Shown here piece after piece: positions 13,910 to 26,950 of a stretch of DNA of 64,000 bases (position 1 is the stretch's first letter; the number at the start of each line of letters is the position of its first letter). A program made the translations under genes and the position numbers. The notes under the pieces are model-generated. The model saw only the letters and a program-made list of their open reading frames with translations, did no database searches and had not been told where the DNA came from. Location of the stretch: the NCBI RefSeq assembly GCF_006345805.1, contig NC_042997.1, forward strand, positions 156,302,001 to 156,366,000, written 5' to 3'. This DNA is from Octopus sinensis. Taxonomy: Eukaryota.

Positions 13910-15091
13910 GGTGTAAAGGTGCAGAAACCGAATATGAAAACAAAAATGTGTGGAAAGCAACAGAGAAGACTTTGGAAAATTCACAAGATCAAGTTTTTCC
14001 TTCATAACTTTTAGGAAAATAGTTTTTTTAAAGAAATTTTATATAAATACCTTTCAATGGCATACATTATGATTATAATGAAAATTGTGGGTAAAATATT
14101 TTCTGTAGGGGTGGGAAGAGGACTTTGGAAAATTCACAAGATCTAATTTTCTTCCTTGTAACTTTAAGGAAAATGGATATCTTTTAATGAAATTGTATAT
14201 ATAAACCTTTCAAACGGCATGCATTGCAGATGCCTAATGTGCCACAAACCCCTTATTTTTGTTTGGAAAAAAAGGGAGTGGGAAGAAACTGGAATTATTG
14301 GAAAATGTTTTTCTTTTTTTTAATGAATGAATTATGGTGACCTAATATGCCACAATCTGCAATTTGGGATTAATATATCCAGTGATTTTTAAGAGGTATG
14401 TAAAAAATATTTTGTTTTGATATTATAATTTTACTTGTTTCACACACATAAACACTAACGTGGTTTTATAAGGATTTTGTATCATTCTTTCTCTCTCCTG
14501 TTCAGTCTTCATTACCACTAATTTTTATAACAAAATTTTCACTTATTATTCTTTTCAAACTTATTTGAATTTTCAATCTAATGTAATCCACACTCTAGAA
14601 AACATATTTCTGCAAAATGTTATCTTAAAATATGGGTAAAGAAAAGGGGCTAATGCAGTTTCTCATCTCACCTTCAAAAACGCATTTATTGGGGTTCCCC
14701 ACCTTTTCCGAACAAAAATAAGGGGTTTGCAGCACACTAGGCATCTGTAATGCATGCCGCTTGAAAGGTATTTATATACAACTTCATTAAAAGATATCCA
14801 TTTTCTTTAAAGTTACGAGGAAAAAATTGGATCTTGTGAATTTCCCAAAGTCCTCTCCCAACTCCTTCGGAAAGGATTTTACCCACAAATTTCATTATAA
14901 TCGTAATGTATGCCATTTGAAAGGTATTTATATAAAATTTCATTTAAAAAAACCCCATTTTCCTAAAAGTTATGAGGGAAAAACTCGGATCTTGTGAGTT
15001 TTTCCCAAGTCCTCTCATCTCATCCCCACACCCCCATTGCTTTCCATGCATTTTTGTTTTCATATTTGTTTCCTACATCTTTTTTTACACC
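13910..15091. mobile_element. Foldback/MITE-like insertion with ~380-bp inverted arms
   Basis: 13910-~14290 is the reverse complement of ~14695-15091 (termini GGTGTAAA / TTTACACC); each arm has an internal ~150-bp duplication; ~400-bp non-coding spacer. Confidence 0.8.
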
Positions 15092-15097
15092 TGTTGA

Positions 15098-15650
15098 GAA
15101 AGACTTCCTCCCATCCCCACCCCATTTGAGATTTTTTTTTGCCAAAAAATCGGCATTTCGAAATTTCACCCCCTTTCCTCCCCAATTTTTTCATTTTTGA
15201 CTTTTTCCCTAACCCTAACCCTAAAACCACAACCTTAACAACTGTAACTATAAAATTTTTGAAAATTTTTTTTCAGAATTATAATCTCCATATTTTTCTG
15301 CATATTTTGAAAATAAAAAAATTTCTGAAAAAAGTACCCGGCTGTGCACTGCGAGGGGAGGGTGAGGTGTAATTATTTTTTAAAGTTGAAATTTTATAAA
15401 AAATTTTTGGAAATTTTTTTCAGAATCATAATTTCCATATTTTTCCACATATTTTGAAAAAGAAAATTTTTGAAAAAAGTAATAAATGAAGAAATTAGGG
15501 GTGGGTGGGGTGGAGGTAATTTCAAAATGCTGATTTTTGCCAATTTTTTTTTTTGCAGATTTGTATTCTCTGTTGCCGAAAACGGGGGTTTGTGTAGAAA
15601 AAAAAATTAAAAAAGGGAGGTTTTAGCAGGGTACAACAGGAAGTCTTGCC
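15098..15650. mobile_element. MITE copy B (TIR G[A/C]AAGACTTCCT), short CCCTAA tract
   Basis: Starts GAAAGACTTCCT and ends AGGAAGTCTTGCC; inverted homolog of 15884-16452; an ~80-bp AT module occurs twice. Confidence 0.75.
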
Positions 15651-15883
15651 AAGGTTGATCCTCATTGCCAGTCCAATGAAACCCAATCTTTAAATAGCTA
15701 TTGCAATATTTACGACTGGGTTGAGCTTTCGCATTATTATCATTACATTTAGTTACTTTCAATGAACATTCACTTTCAGATTCATAATTGTCACAGTTAT
15801 GTTTCCTCTTAATAAATTTTTCCATTTAATGGGTAATTTAGTCTGTTAATATGAATTGCCTTGCACAAAGAGCACAGATTACT
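15651..15883 (-). pseudogene. hAT transposase N-terminus plus 5' leader, inverted relative to the rest
   Basis: MEKFIKRK...RKYCNSYLKIGFHWTGNEDQP (start 15825) is the segment expected directly before the CVVC of the BED finger that resumes on + at 16453. Confidence 0.8.
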
Positions 15884-16452
15884 GCAAGACTTCCTTTTGT
15901 ACCCCCGCCCCCACCAACAAAGCACTCTTTTTTTAATTTAATTTTTTTTCTACACAAACCCCCGTTTTCGGCAACAGAGAATACGAATCTGCAAAAAAAT
16001 TGGCAAAAATCGGCATTTTGCAATTACCTCCCCTTCCACACACACACACACACCTAAATTCTTCATTTTAAACTTTTTTCAGAAATATTTTTTTTGAAAA
16101 TATGCAGAAAAATATGGAGATTATAATTCTGAAAAAATTTCCTAACATTTTTGTTGTTACAGTTAGGGTTTTAGGGTTACAGTTACAGTTTTAGGGTTCA
16201 GGTTAGGGTTTTAGGGTTAGGGTTAGGGTTTTAGGGTTAGGGTTAGGGTTTTAGGGTTAGGGTTAGGGTTAGGGTTTTAGGATGAGGGTTAGGGTTTTAT
16301 GGTAAGGGTTTTAGGGTTAGAGTTACGGTATTTCAGAATGCTGCTTTTTGGCAATTTTCCAGAATTTCCGTATCCAAAATCGGGGGTTTGGGCAAAAAAG
16401 AAAGAAAAAAACTTTAGGAGAAAATGGAAGGGAGTCGGGAGGAAGTCTTTCC
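15884..16452. mobile_element. MITE copy B' with expanded TTAGGG tract
   Basis: Starts GCAAGACTTCCT and ends AGGAAGTCTTTCC; inverted homolog of 15098-15650. Confidence 0.75.
16162..16325 (+). repeat. Interstitial telomere-type repeat (TTAGGG with TTTTAGGG and TTACAG variants)
   Basis: Direct reading of the tandem TTAGGG/TTTTAGGG units. Confidence 0.9.
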
Positions 16453-17900
16453 TTAACCTCTTCTGCTGTGTGTTGTTTGTGGTGAAAAATGTCTAGCGAA
16501 GGCATGCTATCCAGCAACTTCAAAAGACATTTTACAACTAAACACTCACATCTTTAATGTAAAGATCCCGATTATTTCCAAAGACTGCCAGAACAGCAAT
16601 CTAAACAAAGAAACTATTTTGAGAAAAGGATGAATGCATCTGAAAAGGCTCAAGTTGCGTGTATTGATATAGCTGAAATGATTGCACTACAAATGAAATC
16701 ACATACTTTAGCCAAGTCGGTTATCTTACCCACTTGTAGAAAGATGGTTAAAACCATGATAGGTGATGAAGCCGAGCAAGAAATAAGGAAAGTTCTGCTC
16801 TCAAATAATACAATCCATAGGAGAATTATGGATTTATCTGCTGATATAGGGGAAAATGTACAGAACAAACTTCAGGACTCAGAATTTGTTCTACACTTTG
16901 ACGAATCAACTGACATTAGCAACAACGTACAATTATTTACATTTATTCACTTTATTGATGGTAACCTAATCATAAGTCAGTTCTTATGTTGCAAAGAAAT
17001 GCCACTCATTACAAGAGGTCAAGATATTTTTGACATTTTATCTGACTGCCTCGAAAAATGGAATTTATCCTGGAATTCATGTGTTGGAATATATACCGAT
17101 GGGACACGCCATCTATGATAGGCTCTATTAAAGGTTTTGTATCGCTCATAAAATAACAAAATCCTGATTTTTTTTATTAGCCACAAGGGCCCAAATCCTA
17201 ATGTTATATGTACGCGTTGCTTCCTACATAGGGAGGTACTAGTTGCAAAAATAATATCAGTTGAGTTAAAGCAAGTATTAAACCAAGTTGTTGAAATGGT
17301 TAATTATATTAAAAGTAGGCAGTTGAAGTGTTGCTTATTTGAACAAATTTGTGTTGATATAGATTCCCAGCACAAGCGCCTACTTTTACACACAAAAGTC
17401 AGATGGCTCTCAAATGTAAAGGTGGTATGTCGCATACATGAACTCCAGAAGGAACTGCATACATTTTTTAAAGAAGAAAAACATGAAAGCTTCTTGGAAT
17501 ATCTACAATGTGAATTTTGGGTTTCAAGCTGGAATATTTAACAGCGATATTTGCACAACTTTAAGCATCAACACAAGTATGCAAGGTAGAGATGAAAACA
17601 TTCTCCTCACTTCGACAGATAAGTTGGTTTTATTTAAAAGAAAGTTGTAATTTGGCAAAATAGAGCTGAAGGTGTAACTTCAAAATGTTTCCCTTAATAC
17701 GTAAAAGCTGCGTAAAAGAAATGACTCCTATTGTGTTTGAACATTTGACAAATCTGGAAGAAAAAAATCAACTTTTATTTTCTGTCATTGAACCCAGAAG
17801 AGTATAATTGGGTTCAAAATACGTTCATAAAAATTCCATCTAGTATTGGTCTGAAAATATGTGAAGAAGAGGAACTGGCATCTATGTCCAGTGATCGCGG
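16453..17900 (+). pseudogene. hAT transposase pseudogene (ZBED5/SCAND3-like family), main body
   Basis: BED finger remnant LCVVCGEK...KRHFTTKH; LHFDESTDIS; GIYTDG; CFLH; VRWLS; several frameshifts and stops; C-terminal dimerisation region missing. Confidence 0.9.
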
Positions 17901-18222
17901 CTGTCATCTGAGTTTGTTAATTTCTGTAAAAATTTTTTTTTATTTATTTACTTTTGTTCTAAAGTGAAAGAGAGGAGAAAGTGAAAGATGTATGTGGGAT
18001 CTTTTCCTTTTGGTGTGTATATGAAATGGACGTGTGTGGGGGAGGGAGAGAGAAAGAGAGTGGGTGAACGTGTGTGTTCTCAAGTATGTTTAAGTGGCAC
18101 CCACTCACTCTCACACACACACACACATGTCCATTTCGTGTACACATTCATACATCTTTCACTTTAAAACGAAAAATAAATATTAATAAAAATTTTACGG
18201 TAATTAACGAAGAAAACAGCTG
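17898..18222. mobile_element. MITE-like hairpin insertion truncating the hAT transposase
   Basis: CGGCTGT...TAAAGTGAAAGATGTATG (left) versus CATACATCTTTCACTTTAA...ACAGCTG (right) form imperfect inverted arms; begins right after the codons for ELASMSSDR. Confidence 0.65.
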
Positions 18223-18482
18223 ATCATTGACAACTTTGCAAGTTATAATAAAACAGTCAATTTTAGAATCTATGTACAAAGTGTGCCAAAATATTTTGAC
18301 TTCTTGTAAGGTGCACCGGGAGTAAAAAAAAATTGTTTGGGGCCACTATACTAACTACTAGACTATTTTGCCAGCCTTTTAACAATATTTATGGAGCCTA
18401 GTATAGTTATTTTCTGTGAACATACAGTCTATCTTTATTGCTAATCTGTTAATGACTTTACAGAAGTCATTGTATATCAAGT

Positions 18483-18727
18483 GTGGAGGCACATGGCTTA
18501 GTGGTTAGAGCAGTGGACTTGCGGTTGAGGGATTGCAGGTTCGAATTTTAGACTTGGCGATGTGTGTATTTATGAGCGAAACACCTAAGCTCCACGCAGC
18601 TCCGGCAGAAGGTAATGGCAAACTTCTGCTGACTCTTTCGCCACAACTTTCGCTCACTCTTTCCTATACACCAAGGAAACTGGGAAACCAGCCCTATGAG
18701 CCAGGAGTGGCTTGAGAAGGAACAAAC
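18483..18727 (+). mobile_element. tRNA-derived SINE family D
   Basis: Box A/B-like TGGCTTAGTGG...GGTTCGAAT; inverted homolog at ~59190-59480. Confidence 0.85.
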
Positions 18728-20460
18728 ATTGTATATCAATTCAAATGTACCAATTATAAATGGAATGACATACACACACTCCTTAACTGTAAAACATACT
18801 TTTAGGTTAGGGGAAACTCCCCATCTTTTCAAGCTTACTTCTGTGCAATATTAGAGTTATTTGGTCCTACTATGTCGATTATGACCACCACTTGTTGCAA
18901 GATTCTATGCCTCTAACCTTGAGATTCATGTCAGAGGAGTGTAAGCTCCACAAATGGCCACCCAAGCTAGACAGGTCAAAGGATAGAGGCCAGAGTAAAT
19001 GGACCATCTCTTCCCAGAGGTAAAAACTGGGTTTGCATCAGGCCCAAACCCCTACCTAGGAAAAAGCAAAGTTACAGAAGCATTTATAACAATTCAAAAC
19101 CAAGAAGACTTAGGAGAGGAAAGCCTTTCTTCAGGAAAACATGTGAACCTACGAGGGAGGCAGAAGAGAGGATACCTTAAAAATAGTCAGAGGTGAGGTG
19201 CTCAAGCATCTAACTAGAGAGAAGCTGAGAAGACAGCCCGGTGAAGAAAGTTGGCAATGGGACTAAATGAAAGCAACAACAATAGTGAGACAATGGAAGA
19301 CTCTATGTGGTTACTTAATCTGCTAGATATAGAAGCTAGATCGCCCTCAAATCATACCTGTTGTCTTAAAAACAGGAAGACTATACTGTATAATGTAGTC
19401 ATAGATATACTATGCTTGAAAAAAATAATATCAGAATGAGCGTGCCTGGAATGCCTTTGATCATAGATCTGCTTAATAAAATCTGATCTGGAACTAAAGA
19501 TGGACAATATGCCATTAACGATTCTGCCAGCTCGGTGCCCTGATTATTAACATACAGCTATACAGACACCATAACATGCAAACATACACAGGCACAACAA
19601 CAACATCAACTGCATCAGGAACAGCAATATTAGTCAGTGTAGTTGGTGATATACAAAAAGACAGGATAGTTATGACTGGAATGCCTTTATAGCCATCATA
19701 TGTTGGTCTGTTCTATCAGAGCCAGCCAAGGGTTAAAAAAGAACAACTAAACACTCTTAAGAAAGCAGAGATGGTCTGCATTGGTAAAAATTGGTTAATG
19801 AAATTTTCCAAATTCAATAAATTTACGTGCTATGAGGAAGAATGAATTCTGAAGTTTTAGGAAGAGGTTGTTTGTTGGAGAGGAAATGAAGACGAGTGTA
19901 TTGGATGGCAGTAAATAAGATTGAAGGGTTTAAGAAAAGAGGGTTAGTTGGGGTGGAAGATCACAGGCCAAAGTGATAAAATGAAAACTGGGGAGAGGAA
20001 AGAAAGTGGAGAAGGAAAATATTTGAAGAATTCCTCAGTAAACATACAAGGGCATAGCACAATGCCATATATACACACACAGACAAAACAATATATACAT
20101 ACACACACACACATGTGTGCATGTATATATATATGTGTGTGTGTGTGTGTGTATATATGTATATACATTTACATACACATAAGATCAGATATACAGAGAC
20201 ACAACATATACATAAACACACTCACAAGTAGGTACAACAACATACATACACACATACTCATATCTATACATATAGGCATACGCATAATACACACACACAC
20301 CCACACACAGAAGCATGGTTAAGAAGCTTGCTTCCCAGCCACATGCAGCCATGTGGTTTCAAATTCAGTCCCACTGTGTGGTATCTTTAGCCAGTATCTT
20401 CTACTATAGCTTGAAGCCAAACAAAAGCTTTGTGAGTGGAATTGGTAGACAGAAACTAAA

Positions 20461-20875
20461 AGGCAGCAAACTGGCAGAATCGTTAGCACGTCGGGTGAAA
20501 TGCTTAGCAGTATTTCTTCTGCCGTTACATTTTGAGTTCAAATTCTGCCAAGTTTGACTTTGCCTTTTATACTTTTGGGGTCGATAAATTAAGTACCAGT
20601 TATGCACTGGGATCGATGAAATCGACTTAATCCCTTTCTCTGTCCTTGTTTGTCCCCTCTGTCTTTAGCCCCTTGTGGGTAGTAAAGAAATAGGTATTTT
20701 GTCTGCCACTATGTTTTGAGTTCAAATTCCGCCAAGGTCGACTTTGCCTTTCATCTTTTCGGGGTCGATTAAATAAGTACCAGTTATGCACTGGGGTTGA
20801 TGAAATTGACTTAATCCCTTTCTCTGTCCTTGTTTGTCCCCTCTATGTTTTTATTCCTTGTGGGCAATAAAGAAA
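20461..20875 (+). mobile_element. SINE family B, head-to-tail dimer
   Basis: The ~185-bp body is repeated in tandem. Confidence 0.88.
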
Positions 20876-21242
20876 CTAAAAGAAGCATGTAATGCAAGTG
20901 TGTGTGTATGAGAGGGAGAAAGACTGTGTTAGTCTCTCCTTGTCTTGACACTACATGATAGTTATAAACGAGTGTCAGTCATACAAACTGTCCATCGTTC
21001 CCAATCTTCTGTGAAAACACATCTAGCCACAGGAAATATTACCTTGTTTGGAAACAAATGAGGGTAGGTGAATGGAAGAGCATCCAGCTTGAGAAAATCT
21101 ACTTTGAAAAATTCCAAGCATGGAAAAGTGGAAGTTGAAATGATGATATACATGCATGCATACACCCAGAAGCCATCAAGAGAACACATACCAAGCTGCT
21201 TGAATTGTGAGAAATGACAACAAAATTACTTTCATATCTCAC

Positions 21243-21292
21243 CTTAGGAAAAAAAGGACACAGTGTATTGTGCAGTCTGAACAACACTATAC
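21243..21292 (-). CDS. Candidate 50-nt exon of an unidentified host gene
   Basis: TTTTTATTCCAG| ... AAG|GTGAGA; open frame (G)IVLFRLHNTLCPFFPK; no homology recognised. Confidence 0.2.
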
Positions 21293-24200
21293 CTGGAATA
21301 AAAATGACTGAATAAACTTGGTTGGAATGATTTGATCAGGCTTGACTTGAGCTAAACAATAATAATCACTGATACATCAGTGTATGTATATACAAATGTA
21401 CATGTAAATGTATATGTATGTGTATACATCAAACTTTAATATCACATAGACACACACAGACAAACACACAGTTACCAATAGCAAATACATAATACAGAAA
21501 GTTTGGAATGAGAAAATGGTTTAAGAAGGTAGGTGGAGGAAAGATGTTATAGAGGAAGGATTAAGAAATGTGTGAGGAGAGGAACATCATTGGTGAAGAA
21601 AGTATATTACGTAATGGTTAGCAGCAGGGAAATAAAGAAGACGAGAATATACATGGGTAAGATACACAAACAGAAAAATGTGCATGTGCACACATGTGCA
21701 CACCAGCATGAATGCTGGAATGTAAAAAAGAAAACGAAAAAGACATCAAGGCATCCAAAAATGAAAAGGAAATGGATGTGTTGTGTGGAGGAGAGGAGGA
21801 CGAATTTTGAGAAAGAAAAGCATTAAGTTAATGTCAGAAGAGGTAAACAGCAAAAGGGAAGTTAACAGACATCTAGCTATGTTTGTGTTGTGTGTATGAG
21901 TGGTATGAGCTTCTGTGGTGTTAAATAACAACCCACCCCACCAGAGACAGAGAGTGTTTTGACAAATTGAAATGTTGATTCAATGAGGGGAATATGAAGA
22001 TACTTATGGAGGTAGCCCTCTAAATAGTGCCCTTTTTTGACATATTTACAATACAGAATGTTATGCAGCTCTTGTTGTTTAGTCTTAGTTGTTTAGTCCC
22101 CAGAGTCAACACTGGTAGAGCAGATTTCTGATCTATAGCATCCTTGCTGTGACCATTCCATCTATTTTTATATATTTCAGGTCCTGTATATCTAGGATTA
22201 TAATACCTAAAGTACACTCACTTTTAAAAGGATAGTGAATGATTTAAGGGAGAATTTGGTTGCTATTCCCAGTAGGTCAACTAACCACATACTGACTACA
22301 TGATTAACTTTATGTCTAATTTATTAAGTGGAGATGGTGTGTGCATGTGTGTGTGCGTGTGTGTGTAGACATAGTGGGTTTGTAGTCTACAGAGACAGTA
22401 TAGTGTTGTTAGTTGGAAGAGAGTTGTCGGAAGAAAAAATAGAAATGCAGGAGACACTGACAATGAATTTCAGTGGTGGGTAGTGACTGTTCATGAAAGA
22501 GGTAAAGCTGATGTGGCTCTCCTTGAAATGATCAAATGACCAGTGAATTAGGTACAAATGCAGAATCAATATAACCTCCAGAGAAGTTAGTATAATTGAA
22601 GACTATCTTGGTTTCAATAGCTATTCTGTTAACCTTATGATGCAGCTCACTAGAGAAGGAAAGCTGGCTGAGGTAGGGAATGTGGTGGAATTGGGTTCAA
22701 GTATAGGACAACATTCAGATAACTATTTTAAGGCAGTGTCATTAAGGAAAATGATAATACCTAAAGATTCTACATTGATGGTGAAGAAAAGACAGGAATT
22801 CAGGTTGAAACTTTCTAAGTATTGTAAAGGTTAAATAAGTACTGGGGCACCTATATACATACATTTAGAAATTTCTCAACCCATGCTAGCATGGAAAACG
22901 GACACTAAACGATGATGATGATGATGATGATGATGATGTTTTCTACTTCATTGCTCTGGTCTATAACTTAGCACCATTTACCCTATCTGGTTGTCTCTCT
23001 CTCTCTCCATTGTTTTCTTACTTTCTTCCACATTATTTACAACTATCGAACACATTTCTTATTTCTTCTTTGAAGAATAGGCCCTACTTGAAACAACAGA
23101 ATGAACTTATTCAATTATGCAGACATCATTATTTCAGCAAACTGACAAACTAAATGGAAGATGGTTTGAATTTTTTGATTGAGGGAAATTTCGGCATGAA
23201 TTTAATCAGTCACCATTTAATATCAACTGATATCCAATTAAGATAATATCATTTCCTGATTGTATGGCCTGAAACAAACAATGTCTCAGTACAGCAAAAC
23301 CCATTCCTATCAATCAAGTGATGCTTGGTGTCAGCTGACAGATCTACTTTTAGAACTATAAATATTCTTTTATGTGAGTTTTATCCATTATTTCTTGTAT
23401 CAAAAGCAAAAAAACATACTCAATAAGGACTATATTTACAGAATGACAGGCTTTGCAAGGTAGCATCTCTTTTGTGAAGGGGGAAATGGGCCAACTGTAC
23501 AACATCATCATCTTTTCCCTTCAATAACATTGGTTGAATGAAGTGGGGAGCCTTGTTTGCAGAAGCAACCTTTAGTCTTCATTTAAAAAGAGCTTTGCCC
23601 TGGCCTGTGCATATAGGTGTGGATATACAGCTAACTCTGACTGATGGAGGCCTCTAGGATAAGATAAAAACTTAGTGATAAGGAAAGATGGATATTAGAA
23701 AGATGAGAAAGTATGAAAGGAGTAGAAAGTAGCAGATGGAGACTTAACAGTCTTATTGAGCAAGAGACCCAAATTTAGATATATCATAGTTTCTAGTTTC
23801 CATTACTTCTTTCTTTCATCGCCCTTTTCAAGCTTAGCCAGGCTCATGGGCCCGGTTTCCCGGTTTCTGTGGTGTATGTATTGCCCAGCTGGATGGGACA
23901 CCAGTCCATCGCAGCATTACTCATTTTTGCCAGCTGAGTGGATTGGAGCAACGTGAAATGAAGTGTTTTGCTCAAGAAAACAATGCATTGTCCAGTTCAG
24001 GAATCGAAACCACAATCTTACGATCATGATGCTGACACCCTAACCACTAAGCCACGTGCCTCCGCAGTTTCCATTACTACTACCATTTTTTGACATGTAT
24101 GCAGAAGTAGAAAAGTCTTTTTCCAATACTGGATATAGCAAACCATCATTACCTTTTGTTATCTTTATAGGCCTCACCGTCATCAGTTTGGCTTTCACTA

Positions 24201-24673
24201 TCTCATCCCATGACTCGCTTAATCTCCCTCTTTCAGAGCTTCTATCTATTCTGAGTATCCTGCACTTCTTTATACACCTATCATTCTTCATACACATGAC
24301 ATTCACATACTAGCACAGACTTCCATCTTGCACACTACATCTGATTCTTCTTGTATAAAGTGTTTTTCTTTCAGTTTATTTGTAAACTATCATTCATATA
24401 CAGTGCCTTCATTGCATATCAAACAAATCATCAGCATTACCATTTAAAGTGTCCACTTTTCCACAGTTGTATGGATCAAACTGAATTCATTGAGGCAGAT
24501 TTTCTACAGTCAGATATCCTTCTTGTTACCAACCCTCACTTATTTTTCTCAGGAGACAAGAAACAAACGATATTGTTTGTATGATCATTTACAACCATCA
24601 TGTGACATTAAGACAAAGGTTCACACAAACACACACAGACATATATAAAAACACACACACACACACATAGATA

Positions 24674-24889
24674 TGAGCAGGTGCTGAAAAGTTCCTGGTC
24701 TTGGGTAAAAGAAAATATAGGGGATTCAGTTAAATGTTATTTTATTGCACATATTCTCCTCTCAGATTGACAAACTTAGTGCAGCAGTTCTTCAATTTTC
24801 CTAAACCCTGTAAAAGAATATAGAAGGTTGGGCCACCAACCAGGCTTTCACAATACCCTTAAATCCAGGAATTTTTCAGCACTCCCTCG
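24674..24889. mobile_element. Mariner-derived MITE (~215 bp)
   Basis: TIRs GGTGCTGAAAAGTTCCTGG / CCAGGAATTTTTCAGCAC, TA flanks; homolog at 62151. Confidence 0.85.
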
Positions 24890-26209
24890 TACATATATAT
24901 ACATATGGCTGACTTCATTCTGTTTCTGCTAACCAAATCCACTCACAAGACTTTGGATGGCCTAGGGTTACAGTAGAAGACTCTTGCCCAAGGTGCCATG
25001 CAGTGGGACAGAACTCCAGACCACATGATTGGGAAGTAAATTTCTTGACCACACAGCCACACACAATATCAATTCCATGAATTAATATGATTTCTACTGA
25101 CCTAGTTTACACTGCACTGACAGTAGAAGTTTTGTGCCATGAAACTTTAACCTTTATTTTATTCAAAGAAATCCTTCTCCAAGAAACCCCACCCCCACAA
25201 AAAATAACAACAAAATCAAAAGAAAAGAAAGGTAAAAATACTGGCCGGTGATCTGAAAAGTATGTTGTATCTGTGATACCCTCTAATTGTCATCATCATC
25301 ATCATCATCATCATCGTTTAATGTCCGCTTTCCATGCTAGTATGGGTTGGACGATTTGACTGAGGACTAGCGAACGAGATGGCTGCACCAGGCTCCAATC
25401 TGATCTGGCAGAGTTTCTACAGCTGGATGCCCTAACACCAACCACAACGTGCCACTGGCATGAGGGCCAGTCAGGTGGTACTGGCAATGGCCATGCTCAA
25501 ATGGTGTTTTTTACATGCCACCTGCACAGGAGCTAGTCCAGCGGCACTGGCAACGACCTTGCTCGAATGTTTTTTCATGTGCCACCGGCGCAAGTGTCAG
25601 TAAGGCGACACTGGTAACAATCACACTCGAATGGTGCTTTTTACATACCACCAGCACGGAAGCCAGTCAACTGTTCTGGCAATGATAAATAAATTCATAC
25701 AATTCAATACTAATATCAATTTACACGAAAAGAACAAAATTTGAATTAAACTGTATTTAGGTACAGTCTGAAAAATTTTATTTATGAGATGTCATTATCA
25801 TCATTGTCATCATCTTAGGCATTCGTCACTATCATTATTTATCCATGTTTGTATGGCGAGATAAAATTCACTGAGGCCAATTTTCCAAGGCCCAACACTT
25901 TTTTTGTTGCCAACCATCACCTGTTTCCAAACAAGGTAAAATTTCCCCTACCCCTTTGAACACAACCAGCACAAAGACTGGTGCAAGAAAAATTGCAAAC
26001 AAACAATACTGTTTGTATAATTGTGATGTTTGTTTACAATTAGCATGTGATGTCAAGACAAGTATACATGAGCATACACCCCCCCAACACACACACACCT
26101 TCATTATCATCATTGCTTTAACATTAACTTTTCTATAATTGCAATAGTCAGACAGAATTTATTGAGGCAGATTTTCTGCAGCCAAATGCCTTTTTGGACA
26201 AACTGACCC

Positions 26210-26433
26210 CAGTGTTTCTTTTATTTCTTTTACTTGTTTCAATCATTTCACTGTGGCCATTATGGAGCACCACCTGGAGTCAACAAAATCAACCCCAGGA
26301 CTTATTCTTTATAAGCCTAGTACTTATTCTGTCAGTCTATTTTGCTGAACTTCTAAGTTATAGAGACATAAACACAGCATCTTTTGTCAAGTAATGGTGG
26401 GGGGGGACAAACACAGACACAAATACATACACA

Positions 26434-26478
<45 letters not shown>

Positions 26479-26950
26479 ACAATGAGCTTCTTTCAGTTTC
26501 CATCTACCAAATCCACTCACAAGGCATTGGTCAGCCCGAGGCTATTTTAGAAGACACTTGCACAAGGTGCCACGCAGTGGGATTGAAGCCAGAACCATGT
26601 GGTTGGGAAGCAAGCTTCTTACAACACAACCACTCCTGCACCTATAAGCACTTCAGTGTTTGTCTTTTCAATTCTTGTACCTATTCTGTCAGTCACTTTT
26701 GCCAAACCTCTAACTCATGAGGACATAAATAAACCACCAGTTGTCAAATGGTGGTGGGGGACAAACATAAAAACACAGACACACAGACACACACACACAA
26801 AAAAACAGATTCACACAATTTCTATCTACCAAATTCACTCACAAGGCATAAGTCAGGCCACAACTACAGCTGGAGATGCCCAAGGTGTATCACAGTGGGA
26901 CGGAACCCAAAACCACATGGTTTGCAAAGTGAGCTTCTTAATTACACAAA
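26210..26950 (-). mobile_element. Two adjacent family A SINEs
   Basis: Homology to 146-527; copies at ~26210-26645 and ~26660-26950. Confidence 0.85.

Larger units (their letters stand above)
13597..18348 (+). mobile_element. hAT DNA transposon (Buster/Charlie type), decayed, with nested insertions
   Basis: TIRs CAGCGGTTCCCAAAC / GTTTGGGGCCACTA; perfect 8-bp TSD TACTAACT at 13589-96 and 18349-56 with central TA (nnnTAnnn, Buster-type); transposase remnants inside. Confidence 0.92.

Noticed and set aside
16162-16325. True chromosome end or fusion scar
   Set aside because: The tract is short, variant-rich and sits at the homologous position inside both copies of a TIR-bounded MITE, with G-strands pointing outward rather than as a head-to-head TTAGGG/CCCTAA junction.
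18483-18560. tRNA genes here and at 58143, 59400, 50678 and 24000
   Set aside because: Only box A/B heads without a complete cloverleaf, followed by SINE bodies that recur in the window.
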